Source of the DNA: Phoronis australis
Lineage: Eukaryota > Animalia > Phoronida
DNA length: 64,000 nucleotides
Assembly: GCA_002633005.1 (NCBI GenBank)
Contig: NMRA01000587.1
Location: 124,001-188,000, forward strand
Direction: 5' to 3'
The position numbers and the translations under genes were made by a program. The notes under the pieces were generated by a model. The model was given only the letters and a program-made list of their open reading frames with translations, was not told the DNA's origin and ran no database searches. The first letter of the stretch is position 1. The number at the start of each line of letters is the position of its first letter. Of the stretch, positions 1-14,485 are shown piece by piece.

Positions 1-1808
1 TGCCAATTGCTCTCAATTTCTTCCCAAAACCAATATTACATACCTTTTAAGATTCCTGAACAAGCTCTATAAATAGCAAATAAAATGTTGCATCAACAGC
101 GATTGAAGTCTCGAGGTGTTTATTTTTAACCACAAGCATAAAGATTTCATTGTGACCAGACGCCTTCTGTAACTTGATCACATGACATCACTGTACATGC
201 CCTAGATCAAAAGTGTTAAGAAAAGGTGTTTTGTAAACAAAGAATCAAAACAGTGATTGTTTGGGTTTCAAGTTCACCAATACCCAGAAGTTTTTGGATT
301 TTGATACTTAGGACACTTTGAGTAATGCTACGTGACTATTAGAATGAGGTAGAATATGTATAATATGCACAAAATATCTAGATCGAATGCATTTATGGCC
401 TCTAAAAACAGTTTGATGCAAATTACGCCAGTAGGAATATGGAGGGCGCAGCATTGAAAAAAGTGGGGCAAGCCCTCTCTGGTGCACCGTCCATAGACCA
501 TGGGCAATGCGACACTGAAAAAAGTGAGGGTCCTATAGCCCCCCAGCCCCCTATGGTGCGCCGCCCATGTCTGGTAAATGGAATAAATTCATCTCAATAG
601 AGTTGTAGTCTTTACAAGAACAAATCTACGAAATACAACTTTTATTCTTCACAAGTCCATTCTAACATGGGAAAAACTCCTTGCTGTACAATCCTCAAGC
701 AACAAATATCTTATACAATATACAATGGAAACTGTAGCAGTAAAACTCAAAAGTCGGACACGCATGAGTCAGATTTTTGCTTAACTTTGACAGTCCACAC
801 CACAGTTGTTCTAGTTCATGGGCCGGGCCTTTAAGACAAATTTCGCCACACTCGGATGAAATCTCGCGGTACGGTTAGGTGGTGTCACATCCTAATCCAT
901 CCTGTAGGGTGCGAACGATTTTCAGCAAAGTATGCTTAATCATGGCTATTACTAAAGCACTAAATGTACATTTTGAGTGTAGATGGACACCTTTGGCAGC
1001 AACTAGAGTCTTTCCCCTTTCAGCTTGAACAAACACCGACAATCAACATTTTTCTGAATGGACATTCATTCTGTTGACAAAACTGAAGACAGCTCCATTA
1101 TAGTCAACGTGTTTGAGATCAAGCAGAAAGATATTGAGCGTTTTGGGGGAAGTCACCTGACTACCAGACACACTGAGGGAGGCAGCACAGACGAGGGACC
1201 TGTCTAGGCCAAGTTGAATCCGACTTCTTTGAGTTTAACTGTACTACTGGAATTATAAGCAATACATCACCTACTAGTAGAGTTGACAACTACTGCAATT
1301 ATTGCATTAAAATCCTCATTACATGAAATTCCTTAAAAACTGTCCAATGTCATACTAGTTACCATAAGCGATGGTTCCTGAGCTTGCAAAACCAGTTGGT
1401 TGCAATGGCCACTGCCATACGCCTGGAAATTAAAGTCAAAACAGCAAATCCCTTACCGTGGACACAACTTTTTCACGGAATACACAAAAAATGAGAAAGT
1501 CAGATGCATGAAAATCAGATCTGCTTAAATGAGGCAAAATTACATGGGATGGTTTTCTTAATCCGTACACTTGGTGCCCATAGGTCATTCACAACATTCG
1601 GGGTCCGGTTGAATCCAACTTAATGCTTGTTTTACAATACAAGAATGATGTCAATGCCATTAACCGGGTCATTTTTTGTAAAATAGCTTTCACCGGTCTG
1701 TTTGTACTAAAAACTATATAATAAAAAGTATGAGCGAGTTTATCTAACTATTAATGAAGAAAGTCAATTCAGAAGACACGACACATGTCCTTCCCAGTTG
1801 GAGGGTCA

Positions 1809-4800
1809 TCAGTGACCCCCAGCAGCGCCCCCCTCTGCTTGCTCTTTCTTGGCTTGGGCAGCAGCCTGCTTCTGTCGCATGGCGTCTGCATCCCTGGAAA
1901 TATCAAAGTTCACTGATTATGGGGGACTTGGTAGTACAGTGCCATAACGGACAACAGAGTTCCCCAGTTATTGTCACGAAATGGCAAAAAAAACTATTTT
2001 CCATTAAACAACATGCAAACTAAATCGCACAAAGTTTATGATTTATTGCTATGTTTCCACTGCATACTGTTGCTTAAAGTCAGCAAAATTGATTCTTACC
2101 AGCCGTTTCGCTTTTAATTATTTTACACTCAGACTCTCGCATTGATCAACTTTTATGATCAGCGGCAAGTGAGAACCAGGTTAATAGAATATCCCATAAT
2201 GACAACTTATGTCGAAAGTGACTGAATGTCATTAACTGGAGCCTACACTACAGTGTTACAAATTCATAGCAGTTATGTTAAAACCTCAAGTTAAGTGAGT
2301 GCTGTTGCATTTTGACCAACCCTGTCGAAGGAACAGTACTTTCTATCCAGGTTCGGTGTTCTGAATTAATGCCAAAGTGCATGAGAGGGCACCACAGCTT
2401 TTTGGCAAATTGGACTCAATCTCCTTGTAGAAAGTGGGAACTAGCTTCCGAGTACGGAGATTTTTCAAAAACATCCAAAAATGCAGTTTTTCAGTGTATT
2501 ACATCACATAACAAAGACATGATAATGCACACGCCTTGTTTCATCAAATGTAATTTCTTTAAGAACTTAACCCTTATCCTCCACTAGGTGAGATCAGACG
2601 ACATGCCATTTATCCTATTACATTGCATTGGGTGTACTCAATTGACTATGATAAGCTGCAGCTGGGCTGCACAAGGAGAGTGTACTCACCCCAGGACACT
2701 GGTAGTTTTCATTAAAAAATTGTGAGAGTCCTGGATGTTGTTTAGATATGTGAAGATGCGCATTCAATAGTTCACAGTTTCCTCTTAATTTCTCTGTCAG
2801 ATTTAAACCATATGGCTGTGATTACTAGTTCGGGAAGTATTGGCAGGTTTGTGTAAGTGTAGACACATAGTTTCATTATATAGCTGGAGCCAGACGTGAG
2901 AGGATTACAATGGATCAGTTTATTTTCACTAAAGGCTATGAAGATTTACAAATGGCGAAAATCTCCTTTAAATTCTGAACAACTTTTATGTTGGCTTCTT
3001 GTCTGTGAAATTAGCATTTCTCCTTCAATTTTCAATTTAAAATTGTTAGGTCATTAGTCTGGGTGACCCTCATAACAGCCCAGTGTACAAGCAGTAGTGG
3101 TGACCTACTTAGCTCAGCACACAGGGAAAGTAGTCTGAATAGAGGCTCAGCAGGATCAGGGTTAAGGAAATTCTTAACCAAGTTCAACAGCTGTGAAACT
3201 GCATATTATTAGCTAGCAGTTTCAACATACAGTCGATAAGACAAAAAATCAGAGTTATCTCCATTACATTTTTTTCAAGTCTTTGGTGTTGTATAAGTTA
3301 CTTTTAGTCACTCACTTTTTCAACAAGAAAATCAACCCAAGAAAAGCAGAAATGATGCGGAATTTGTTTTTTACTCACTGCTTGCCAAATCACAGTGCTT
3401 TCAAATTTTGCTAACCCTTACTGGCTTCTCGAAAAACACCCACCCTTGGCTGAAATTGATGTCGACGGGCATTTTTTTATTTTCTTTTTAGTTGTTGAGC
3501 AAAGTTTAGCAAACACACCAGAACCAACTAGTGTTGAAAGGTCTGTGGCAATTTATATCGCTTTTTGACTCACAAACACTCTGGATATTCTTCTGTATCA
3601 ATGCAATGCAAACAAAGCTTTAACATGGGCTACTCATCAGGAAGTTCAGCTGATAGGTAGAGTTCATTGAATGATAAAAAAAGAAGACAAAAACATCAAT
3701 TTATGTAGACAGTTTTCACATGAAACTACACGAGCTGTTCACTCCGTGACCTGGTGTGACCTGTTGGAATATTTTGTTCAGAGTGACTCACTTGTTTCCA
3801 ATAACCAGTATTTTTGATTTTGTGATGGCATGCTATAATTTGGAGTCGCTAAATGATGACGTGCAAACATGTACTCCCAGCAACAGATTACATATAACTC
3901 AGATTGAGATATCACACCAGCTTTTTGATTTCTTTTTTGATATCACCATTCCTGCTAAATCACTGCAATTATTTTAATGCATATGACATGCAGCCTCACA
4001 GCATCCACTGAACAAACGTTACTGCGACTTATTCAGGACTTTCAGCCATCCCAAGAAGATGAGGCGACCACTTGGGATGGTCTGTCAAGACAATATTGCA
4101 TTATGGTAGAGATGAGGATTTCTGGGTCATTTTTCCATGCTTCCTTGCTTGTGTACTTTTCAGAAAAAACATCCAATTTACACCTACACTTACCTATGTC
4201 TATGGTCCATTTTTAACAATAACTTACTTTAACAATAACAAAACTTTTAACATCAAAAGTGAGAAAGAAAAAACTCTCACATTCACTCTTTCCAGCTCAA
4301 CTCAACTGAACAGTAAAAAAGTTAAATGAGATTTACGTTCACACTGACCTCTGCCTACGGTCGTCCAGCTTCTTGCCCTGATTGCCCTCCTTAAGCCCAC
4401 TTTTCTTCTGTTTTTCCATCTGGGCTTGCTTTTTCTGACTCTTCTCCCGCGCTTTCTCTCTCTGATTACCACCTAAAGAGAGTACGCTAAAATTTAACCA
4501 ACTTAGCACATAATATGACCGACAAGCTACAACTGAAACTTTTTGTTACCATCTTTTCCCTGAAAGGTGACTTCATTGCGAAACAAGTTGTATGTCCTGC
4601 AGTTAGGTGCCATGACTTCCTAAGTCTGGCGTGGGTTTAACTCCCATGATTACGGTAAAAGTGACAACTTCGAACAAAAACTTCATTTTTTATTAAATTC
4701 ATAGCCTTTGATGACTGTTGTAAAATAATGCTGACAATTTTCTTACTAGCAGCTGTGGTAAATACCTAGAAAAAGCATTTTGGTCCACACACGAAATGCT

Positions 4801-6246
4801 GTTTGGCTGCAGCAAAACCTTGACTAACTGCTAAACAGTTTTGGTAAGAAATTTGTCCATGAACAATAGGTGTCACTTTAATCTTGACTTGAGCAGACAT
4901 GGCGGTCAACCAGGAATTAGTGATGAAACGCAGTTGGGGACACACTCATGTATTTTGTGAACCAGAGCGATAGGCAGAATCAACTGATAGCAAAACCATG
5001 TTGTCAGAATAAATATTGATTAAAGGCCTATGGTCCGAGTTATAGAAGAAAAAACCTCTTAACGCCGTTTAAGCCGGTTTTTTGATGTGACATGGAGTTC
5101 AAAAAGTTATTAACTTTCAATTTGTGCAAAAAGTTTGAAAAAAATCGTTGTAAATACTACAAACGAATGAAATGTTTACAAAGAATTTAGTATCCCGACC
5201 GCTAAACAGATTATAAACATTACAACAACGCATGCGCAGCCACAGATCTAGAGGTCAACAGAATTTATACAAATGGCGGGGAGAGGTAGATCTATGAAGT
5301 GTACGTCCGAAGGCGAAACGCAGTCGTCCTGCTCTACGAGATTCAGAAAAAGACGTGTTAGCCTGTACAAAAAGCGGCATTACCAACAAACCTTGAACCT
5401 GTAATCAACTCGTTCGATAGGTGAGAAACAATGAGGACAAGACTGAATGTTCNTACCATCTTTTCCTTGCGAAACAAGTTGTGTGTCCTGCAGTTAGGTG
5501 CCATGACTTCCCAAGTCTGGCGTGGGTTTAACTCCCATGAATGCAGTAAAAGCGACAACTTCGGACAAAAACTTCATTTTTTATTAAATTCATAGCCTTT
5601 GAAGACTGTTGTGAATGCTGACAATTTTCTTAACTAGCAGCTGTGGTAAATACCTTGAAAACGCATTTTGGTCCACACATGAAATGCTGTTTGGCTGCAG
5701 CAAAACCTTGACTAACTGTTAAACAGTTTTGGTAAGAAATTCGTCCATGAACAACAGGTGTCACTTTAAAGTGAAGTTGAGCGGACATGGCGGTGTCAAC
5801 CAGGAAATAGTGATGAAACGCAGTTGGGGACACACTCATATATTTTTTGAACCAGAGCGATAGGCAGAATCAACTGATAGCAAAACCATGTGTGTAGGGC
5901 AATGTCGTCATATTGTAAATAATCATATAGTTTAATGTATCCTGAGAGACAGTACAACCGGCTGAACTGGCCCCAGTAAAGATAGTAGTCATTTCACAGA
6001 CCCTCGCTTTTCGGCGAATGCCTTACACGTATTAAACCTTCAAAGTCGTGTAAGTATACCTCTTGGTTAACGGTGTCGAAAACAAAATTTTAGTTTTTTG
6101 TGAACACCTCTCGATTAAGACTCGATTGGAATAAAACTAACCACATGACCTTTTTGGTAAAAATGCGGTCAAAATATCGAAAAAGGAAGACTTTAAAGCA
6201 TCTTTAACTTGAAAAGGAGTGCTAGTTACGAATACATACGCGTCAT
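1809..6246 (-). CDS. SERF: Small EDRK-rich factor (SERF/4F5 family), 71 aa, 3 coding exons
   Basis: Exons complement(6240..6246, 4349..4472, 1809..1893), all GT-AG and phase-consistent, 216 nt. Protein MTRGNQREKAREKSQKKQAQMEKQKKSGLKEGNQGKKLDDRRQRDADAMRQKQAAAQAKKEQAEGGAAGGH has the MTRGNQRE..R and RDA..M.QKQ motifs of the family. Confidence 0.95.
4547..5890. repeat. ~440-bp direct duplication in SERF intron 1 (copies ~4547-5000 and ~5454-5890)
   Basis: Both copies run from TACCATCTTTTCC to CAACTGATAGCAAAACCATG with scattered substitutions and small indels. An N at 5453 sits at the start of copy 2. Confidence 0.9.
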
Positions 6247-6580
6247 TTTGATTTTTTCGGCGCCTTTCGGCCCAGCACTAAATTCCTGCGCTTGACTTTT
6301 CCAGCGACTAAAAGCACTTCCGGAAAATACAGGTTACCCTATTTTGATATGTTGGTGTACTGTTCGGAAATATACCCCAGCATTAATTTTATTTTTCCCA
6401 GTGAGTGGTATGCTGCAGATATTATAAACTATGCTGTATTCTGATATTTGGCGCTTATATGTTTTAAAAAGACAAACACATCCTTGTTTTACCTTTACAA
6501 TAACTGCAAAAACCTGATTGACAGTAGTTTACCAAGCGGTAAATTTATGAACTAACTCAACTCGGCAAGAAAGAGAAAGG
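6247..6580. promoter_or_regulatory. Probable bidirectional promoter for SERF and SUB1
   Basis: Divergent genes. ETS/GABP-like CACTTCCGGAAAAT at 6315-6328 (palindromic core TTCCGGAA). Strong donor AAGG|GTGAGT after 6580 suggests a non-coding SUB1 first exon. Confidence 0.55.
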
Positions 6581-6905
6581 GTGAGTTTTCATTGTCACTT
6601 GGGCAACGGAACGAAGGACTGTTAAAAACAGTTTGATTTTGTTGGGAAATATTTGTTCGAGCTCAGACTAGTGCGGTTCTGTTTTCTGCTGATGCTGATA
6701 TCCGCATCTTACAGTTAGATTTTTTTCATTTCCCACTCTCACTCAGTCTCTTCTGTAAATCAAATGTAATGATAATGTGTGGCACACCTTGACCTTGCCC
6801 TTGGCTTTAGTGCATTATCTTCTTAATTATTTATCACCTGTGACAGTGTATATTGTATTTTGACTGTCTTTTTCTAATTGCAGTCACCAGTCTCCTGCGA
6901 TAAAG

Positions 6906-9900
6906 ATGCCAAAGTCCAAAGAGCTTGTAGAGTCTGACTCGGGGAGTGACAGCGATTCTTCATTTGAGGAGGTGTATATAGCAATTAATGTCTTCTGACA
7001 CAATTAAGTTTTACCTTCAATTTAAATTTGTGTCCTTAGAGTATTGGAATGTTTTCACTAACCTCTATGCTTTTTAAATTGATACATGTGATGTGTTATT
7101 TTTAATATCATTTTCATTATTTGTGTTTGTAACAATTACTGTACTCTGAGAGCTGCATTTTTACCTAACCCAGGTGCTGGCGCGAACCAAACATGAATAA
7201 TTTGTAAAAAACTAATGACAACAATGGAAAAGTTGCATAATGCTCTTTTATGCGCATAGTTCAATGAAAAGGACACAGCAATGATTACTTGACAACATCT
7301 TCATGCAATTTTTTTCTGCACCAGAGAAGCACTGCTGCCAAGTTATATGAAATTCTTTGATATGCATATAGGCCAAGGCCGCCCTAAATGTTATGAGTGA
7401 TTGTCCTTCAGATGTGCAGCTTTCAGTGAGCCATGGTTGTATTTACACACAGGTACCTATAGACAGGTCTTGATATTCAAACGGTGACTGCTGCTGATGA
7501 GGGGTGACTGTGGTCAAAAAGATGTATTTTATTAGGGGGCTTTCTGAAATCATTAATTACATAGTCGAAGTGAATCACTAGTTTATTGTTATTGTGATCG
7601 AAATTGTCGTAGTAATGTTGTCAATCATCTCGGCACATACAGTACACTACTTAACAATAACTACTGGTACTCTCTCATCCACCATCCTCTAGTTATTTTC
7701 TGGACTTCAAGGCATGTATTTAAGAAGTGTATGGCTTTAGAGAAAGCCTGGCCTTTTCTGGAAAGTGCTATCAATGCAAAAAAATGTTAAGTGCTTCTAA
7801 TTAATCTTGCATTCATTTTGAGATAATTTCTGTTTGAAGCCCAAGGCTAAGAAGAAGAAACAGAAACAGGAAGAGGAGAAATCATCAAAGTCCCAAGCAT
7901 CTGAATCGAAAAAGAAACAAAAGAGGGATCCTGATGGAAATGTAATGTTCCAGGTTAGTGACTAGTTGGGACTCATTTCACAATGCAAGACACTTGTGGC
8001 AAGAGGTCCATCTAGTGTTGCACAGATAGACGAGGGCTGCTAGATTACTCCCGTGACTCGATGTTCATGCATCGCCGACCAATCATTTCAGCGGTGGCCA
8101 TTTTGCAAGCAAACATTCACCTTGAACTAAGGTGATCTTTCATGGTCTGACCAAGCTCGGAAGCAACTCGCTTTACGGAATGCACCGCAGGTGTACATGA
8201 GTAGGCCGTCCATTAGATGGTTTGTAGGCATGGGGTCAGCATAGTCGTGTAAAGGATTGATTCAACTGAACCCTTTGTATAGGCTTTAACATTCTACAGT
8301 GAGGGAGAGTGGATAAAACTTAGTGACAGAAACAAGACTTGCAATTAATTAATAATCCCAATGACATTTAATAGTTTTTGAGAAATCATGATTGTTAGAC
8401 TTTTCTTAGCCAGAGGTACGTAAATCAGATTTGTGCTCAACTCCAAGCGAAGACAGGGTTAGGGTCTGATTGATGGTACAAGATAAATCAAACAGATGAA
8501 GTCTTCAATATCATTATAAGGCAATTAAGTAAATTAAGGTTATGTAACACAAATAGCTCATAAATGCATGAAAAGTTTGAGACATCCAGTTAAGAAAACA
8601 GATAAAGTGTGAGTCTAATACTGGAATAAAAACTTACAAAAATTAGCGAAATTGCGTCCCCATCTCACATGGCAATAGCTCATGATCAACAAGATTGTGT
8701 ATTTAGTCAATTTCTACAGAACTATTGTAACTCTGTCAGTAAATGTAATATATTTTCTGAAAGCATAGAAAGCCTGTAAAAATAGTTTTTTGACTTTATA
8801 CCAAATCATTTGACTTTGATCGAGTTACGTAACCATGTGTTTTTTGTCCAATTTAGGGCAACGTAAATTTATATTCACTGCAAAACAGTGGTATCAATAA
8901 CATGATCAAATTTCATTCGATAAAAATGTTGAAAAAATCTTAAAAACAGTTTCAGTTTTCGTTATGCAGTCTTGGTATAATTAAAGTTCATTTCAAAAAA
9001 GGTGGTGTTATTACATGACTTCTTGTTGAAATTCAGCAAAATTTCGATGTAATTTGTTGTTATTTTGTCCGTTTCCTTTCCGGATTTTCACCATACCTTA
9101 TCTGAGGCCAGATAAAGTCAACTTATTTGTAAACTACCGTACATGTATTTGCCACGCCCTAGTTACAGACCAACTCGCTGCTGAATCCTGTTTTCAAATC
9201 TCCAGCTAAAAATAGAGAGATTGTAATTGGCAAAAGACAAACATAGTCAAAATTCATTTTATGTTGCAGTTGTCAAAAATGAGATTCGTGACTGTGAATG
9301 AGTTCAGGGGAAAGAAGATGGTTAACATTCGAGAGTTCTATGAAGCAGACGGTGAACTGAAACCTGGCAGGAAAGGTATGTTGCATTGTGGGAAGAATTG
9401 ATTGAGTATGTAAAACTTTTCCACATAATCATGGAGACGAGAAGGCAAAAAACAGGGATATCATGTCATTTTGTTGTAATTGCACCACCAGAAATTAAAA
9501 AAAGACTCAAATCCTCTAATTTTGGAAATTGATGTAGCGTTGGAACTTCTTGTGATAACTCTTTTTGGCTAACTTTGTTGGCATAAAAATTGTTTCTAAC
9601 AAAAATGAACCTTTCTTTAGATCTCTAGGCTAACTTCTGGTGTAAACTTCTAACAATTTTTATCTCCGGTGATTGTTATCGGAAACTAATAGGTGCAAAC
9701 CATTCCAGGCTCAGGTATTTGAAGTCCATAGAGGGTAATAAAACAATTGTTTCCTCAGCCAGGACCTTAAACAGTTTGTTAAGCTGCATTTAATTACAGT
9801 CCAGCTGGGACAGCTGTGTGACTAAGAGCAGAGTTAAAAATTTAAGAACTGCTTGCACTGCATGGCAAATTCAAAAGGCCTATTGTGTGCAAACAACATC

Positions 9901-11002
9901 CTATCCTCCACAAATTTCTACAACTACTATGTGGACTAGTTACTCTATACAAGCCCAAAATGAACAGCACCTCTTCCACATAGTTCGCACAGATGACAGT
10001 GATTATTAACAGACACTTCCCTTCTTGGTTAGCCCAGATGTGTACTTAGAAATCAGGCTTTCATTACTTGCCTTGTGATTTGTTACAAATGGCCGTTGGT
10101 GCTATCCTGTGCCTCATAGTGTTACATGTACATGATATTCACTGTAGTTTGGTTCTGTCAACATGGGTTGTAAATTTTATGACATTTTCTTACACTGTCG
10201 TTGCAAAAAGCCAATTAATAAGAACTTGGTGCAAATATTCTAACCCGTGGATGACATACTTTTACAAGTTGTGTACCTTCCAATAATACAAAGGAGTCAT
10301 CCTAAATACGAGATCCTTGACCCCATCAAGTTTCATGGAGTCCCCATGCAGTGACAGTGTCAAAGCAAACAATAGTTAATCATGTGCGACCAAAAATATA
10401 CACCATGGGAACAACCAGGGACCCCCACCATGTTTGTTATGCAGTGGTATCAATTTGAGCAGCTTGTATTAACTGGTCATAAACCTGCCTTCTCGGGAAG
10501 AAATTTCCAATTTGTGATCAATACAACTTGTCCCTATAAAATTTGTCTAAACTTGTTTCTAACTCAAAGACGAGATGAAGAGATCTTACAATGAAGTCGC
10601 AGTTCGATATTTGTGCAGTACAAGCTCATGTATTGAAATTTCAGGTCACGGCGTGACCTCATTTTATGACCTTTGTCTGAAAAAATAACAAAATGCGAGA
10701 AGTTGCTTAGCCCTGAGGTCACCTCTCAACTAAGAAAGAAACAAGACCAATTTCACAACTTATTCTGGTCTATATCAAAACTTGCATTTTCGACAAAAAG
10801 CACCGTCTTGACACCGCTCTACTAAAACTCTCATCTCACATGGAGGTTTCCATAGGTATCACTGTTTGTTCTCACTGATTTAGCCATATTAATTTAAATA
10901 TGACTTTATCTTTCATAAACAGGCATAGCATTAAATATGGACCAATGGAAAGCCTTGAAGAGCATCGTGGATGACATCGACTCGGCATTGGACGAACTGT
11001 AA
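6906..11002 (+). CDS. SUB1: Transcriptional coactivator PC4/p15, 121 aa, 4 coding exons
   Basis: Exons 6906..6971, 7840..7953, 9270..9375, 10923..11002 (366 nt). MPKSKELVESDSGSDSDSS acidic/Ser N-terminus, Lys-rich linker, PC4 domain MFQLSKMRFVTVNEFRGKKMVNIREFYEADGELKPGRKGIALNMDQWKALK. Confidence 0.96.
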
Positions 11003-12292
11003 CATGGGATACCAAATGCTGTTTTGAGTTAACTGCGGTCACACTCAGTGCTTTTGTAGGACTTTGGATGAGATGATCTCATACAAGATTTAGCAAGATG
11101 CAACTAGATGAACATGATGTATGAGTCTGTAGTCAACGTTAAATAACCAACCAAACAGCTTTGTTCTGTCCATTGTCTTAGGCTGCCGTGGGATTTACCG
11201 TGCAATTTCAGAAGTTGGACGTCGCTTTACATTTCAACATTTCTGTCAACAACTACTGGCTCATCTTCGTTAAAAAACAAAAACTAAGGTAGAGTTAAGG
11301 GTTATACTGCTACAAGCCTGAAGACAACAGGTGTACATTGTCTTGAATGTAGGCTAAACAAAGTCCGTTCCATAGAGTAGATTGTGCATTTTTCCAAAAT
11401 ATTCATAAGAAAACAAGAATGTGGATTAACATTAAGAAATAAACATTCTTTCCATTTTGTACAATTCATTGTATTTATTTTTCCTTATAAACAACATTCG
11501 TTTTCATTATCAATTGATACCCACAGTAGAGTGGTAAACCACAAAGAGTTACTCTACACAGTCACGACACATGAAGACTGAAACTTAGGTAGTGGCCGTC
11601 TTCAATTACATTCAATCAAGTTTCATAGTCAGCAGTACCAACACCACGTAATCACATGGTATAATACATTTTTTTTAATAAATCCAACACCAATCTATGA
11701 ACACTAACTTAGTTACTGCTGTTAGTGTCAGACAGAACCACCAAAATATTGAGTCAGAGTGAACTTACGACGGTTTCCAAATGATTATGGTTGACATTTT
11801 ATTGCTGAAACTTAACAAATGATCTCGAGTCGTGATGCTGAAGAAAACCCAGACTGTGTTGGAGAAATTACATTTGCTTTAGACGACTTACTGCTAGAAA
11901 CTATAGAACTGGTCTCGACTTATTCCTTACTTGGGTGAGAAGCAGTCTTGTAACGAACTGAACGCTCGTCATTGGGCGAGACCATGTTGGGCGATAAATG
12001 TAATTTTGCGACAAGTCGACTTATAGAATCTGATCTCAAAACTATCAGTTGTTTCCAAGTACAATTTGAGACCAATTTCATAACTGTAAATGGTCTAAAT
12101 CAAGAGTTGGACGTTTCTTTAATACACAGATGAAAATCTGGAGACAACCGACTTGGAAGTGGTGGATACGATGAAGCTAAGCCAAAGAAGAAAGAAAAAT
12201 AATTGAACTATGTCTTAAGTCATATCACACAAATTTTCTCCAAAGAATATTTTTAAAACAACAGTGCATTAGCAGACGGATGTGACCTCACT

Positions 12293-14251
12293 CTACTCCT
12301 TCGTCTTGTTAGACCAGCAACACTCTGCGTTCTCCTTCCAACTACAAGTTCCATCACTATACACCTCCCTCTTCCACACAGGGACCTTGGCCTTCAGCGT
12401 ATCAATGGCGTACTCTAGCGCAGCCAATGACTCCTTACGATGACACGACGAGATGGCGATGATGATGCTGGCTTCCCCAATCGGCACCTGGCTATAGACA
12501 CACACAAGGAAATGCAGTTCTATTAAGATTTTGGTCACACTTTCACAGAATCATTTTCAGTCAAAACCATACTGCCATCTTCCCGAAACACTGGAAGTAG
12601 TGCGGCGGCTACATCACATGCCACCTGTCATGAGGATTTTATGTAATGTTGCAAAGTTCTGAAAAGAGACTCCAATACCCTTGTGACTTTACAGAAGGCA
12701 CAATTTTGAGGCATTATAGTTTTAATGCAGTTTTCAGTCCTGTGAGGGACACCCAAATTACTTATCGGCATATTAAGTCAAATACCTAAAGTTGCCATGG
12801 CTAATCCACACATCTTGCAGTGCCCACTTGAATAGGAAATGTGACATCTATGTGTAATGCGATAACAAGTATATCATATGAAACTGGTAGGTTAAATGTA
12901 TATCACAATAGTGGGGCCTACTGATTTCACGTAATTATTTCACACTTACAGTGCTGGTACATGCCAAAAAATTCAGACGAAGTAACCTGAAATTAACAGT
13001 TCTGACCCAAGCGAATTTCCATGATTATGGCCAAGTTTATGTAGAATTCCCCGATTCCAGTTAGACAATGAATGAGCCTGTTCAAAAGTCCCTGTAACTG
13101 GTCAGGAGCGACTAATCATGAACTAAGTAATGGGAATGCTGCCTTTTTTGTAAGAATTCATCACTATGAACTGCTTTTCAACTAACCACAAACAGAATGC
13201 TCACCCTAGTCTATGGTGGACCACAATATGTTTCACATCCCACTGGTCTCGTATACTCTTGCAGATTTTCTTAATCTCTAATTCCGCCATGGGAACGTAG
13301 GCTTCGTACTCCAATCGGATAACGGTCTTGCCTTTAAAATGATCCCGTGTTGTCCCTGAAAAAATGAAATCAAGGACTTGATTGCATTGTTTTATGGTAT
13401 AAGCCCTAGACTAAAAAATGCTGAGCTAACTATCACAGTCAAAAGGTGGTTAGACTAAGAGAAGTCCGACTTTCGCAAACAAAGCATGTTTGGTTATTGA
13501 GGTAAGATTCAAGAAGGTAGATGTGACAATGTACATGTAGAGAGGACAAATGTGGATGCCTTAAAATACCACAGGTCAACAATCCAGAAATGACCCTGTG
13601 AGGGTTCCAGATACCACTGACCTCCCTGGACTTGTGACGGAATTAGCTGAAGTGTCTTACGTCATTAAACACCAAGTGAAAAAAACTGATTGTTGTATTG
13701 TGAAGCATGCTTCACTGTGCACTGTGCTAATACTTAACCAATAAAGTTATAGGTATTGTCAGATAGGTGGGTCCCGGATTCAAAACCGATTTGAGAACCA
13801 GTTACACCCAATGATTAACGCCCGTTATTCACTGGGAGTAACTGTTTCTCATATCAGGGACGCATGTACCACACTATTACCAAGTCATTTACAGATTGAT
13901 GTGCCCATATGTTCCATACACTTGGTAAATAAAACATAACAATAGTTAGACATTTCACATATTGTGCCAAAAACTTGAACAAGATCACATGGCAAAATTC
14001 GGATACAAGATATATCCGTCTACATTCCGAGAACCAGTTTGAGACCTGTTATTGAGTGGAGAAAACTGGTTCTCAAAATGCGGGCACGTTATATCCAACT
14101 ATTACTGATCACGTCACACTGTAGAAATACATGGAAGTATGAAGTGATGGTTACCTATAAATGTTGATATAGCACCACATGTTGGACACCCTGCTAGTTC
14201 TGTTACCTTGGCAACATCCAGTTTGTCAGAGGTCAACAAGATATCATCCAT
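12293..14251 (-). CDS. MOCS2: Molybdopterin synthase catalytic (large) subunit MOCS2B, MoaE family, 148 aa from ATG 14251
   Basis: Exons complement(14155..14251, 13205..13355, 12293..12491), 447 nt. MoaE motifs CGAISTFIGTTRDHF, LEYEAYVPMA, HRLGQVPIGEAS, HRKESL, IDTLKAKVPVWKRE, WKENAEC. Confidence 0.95.
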
Positions 14252-14485
14252 TGTCGCCTTCACAAATCAGAATAATTGTCAGAGGAGGAATAAGATTCCA
14301 CTGTTACCAAACTAATTAGTTGTCAAAGATTTTCCTGTAAGACCATAGACTTGAGTGGAATGCACTGCACGAAGCATCCAACGGTTATGTCCTCAACTCC
14401 AATGGCAAATAAGATGAAACAATTATAATTGCACTTGATCTTTTGTTACAATGTTTTTTCTTCTGTCCAGCAATACGATATAGAG

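Noticed and set aside
4547-5890. Duplicated intronic snoRNAs in SERF intron 1
   Set aside because: The only clear TGATGA C-box is antisense to the host gene, and I found no convincing C/D or H/ACA layout on the sense strand.
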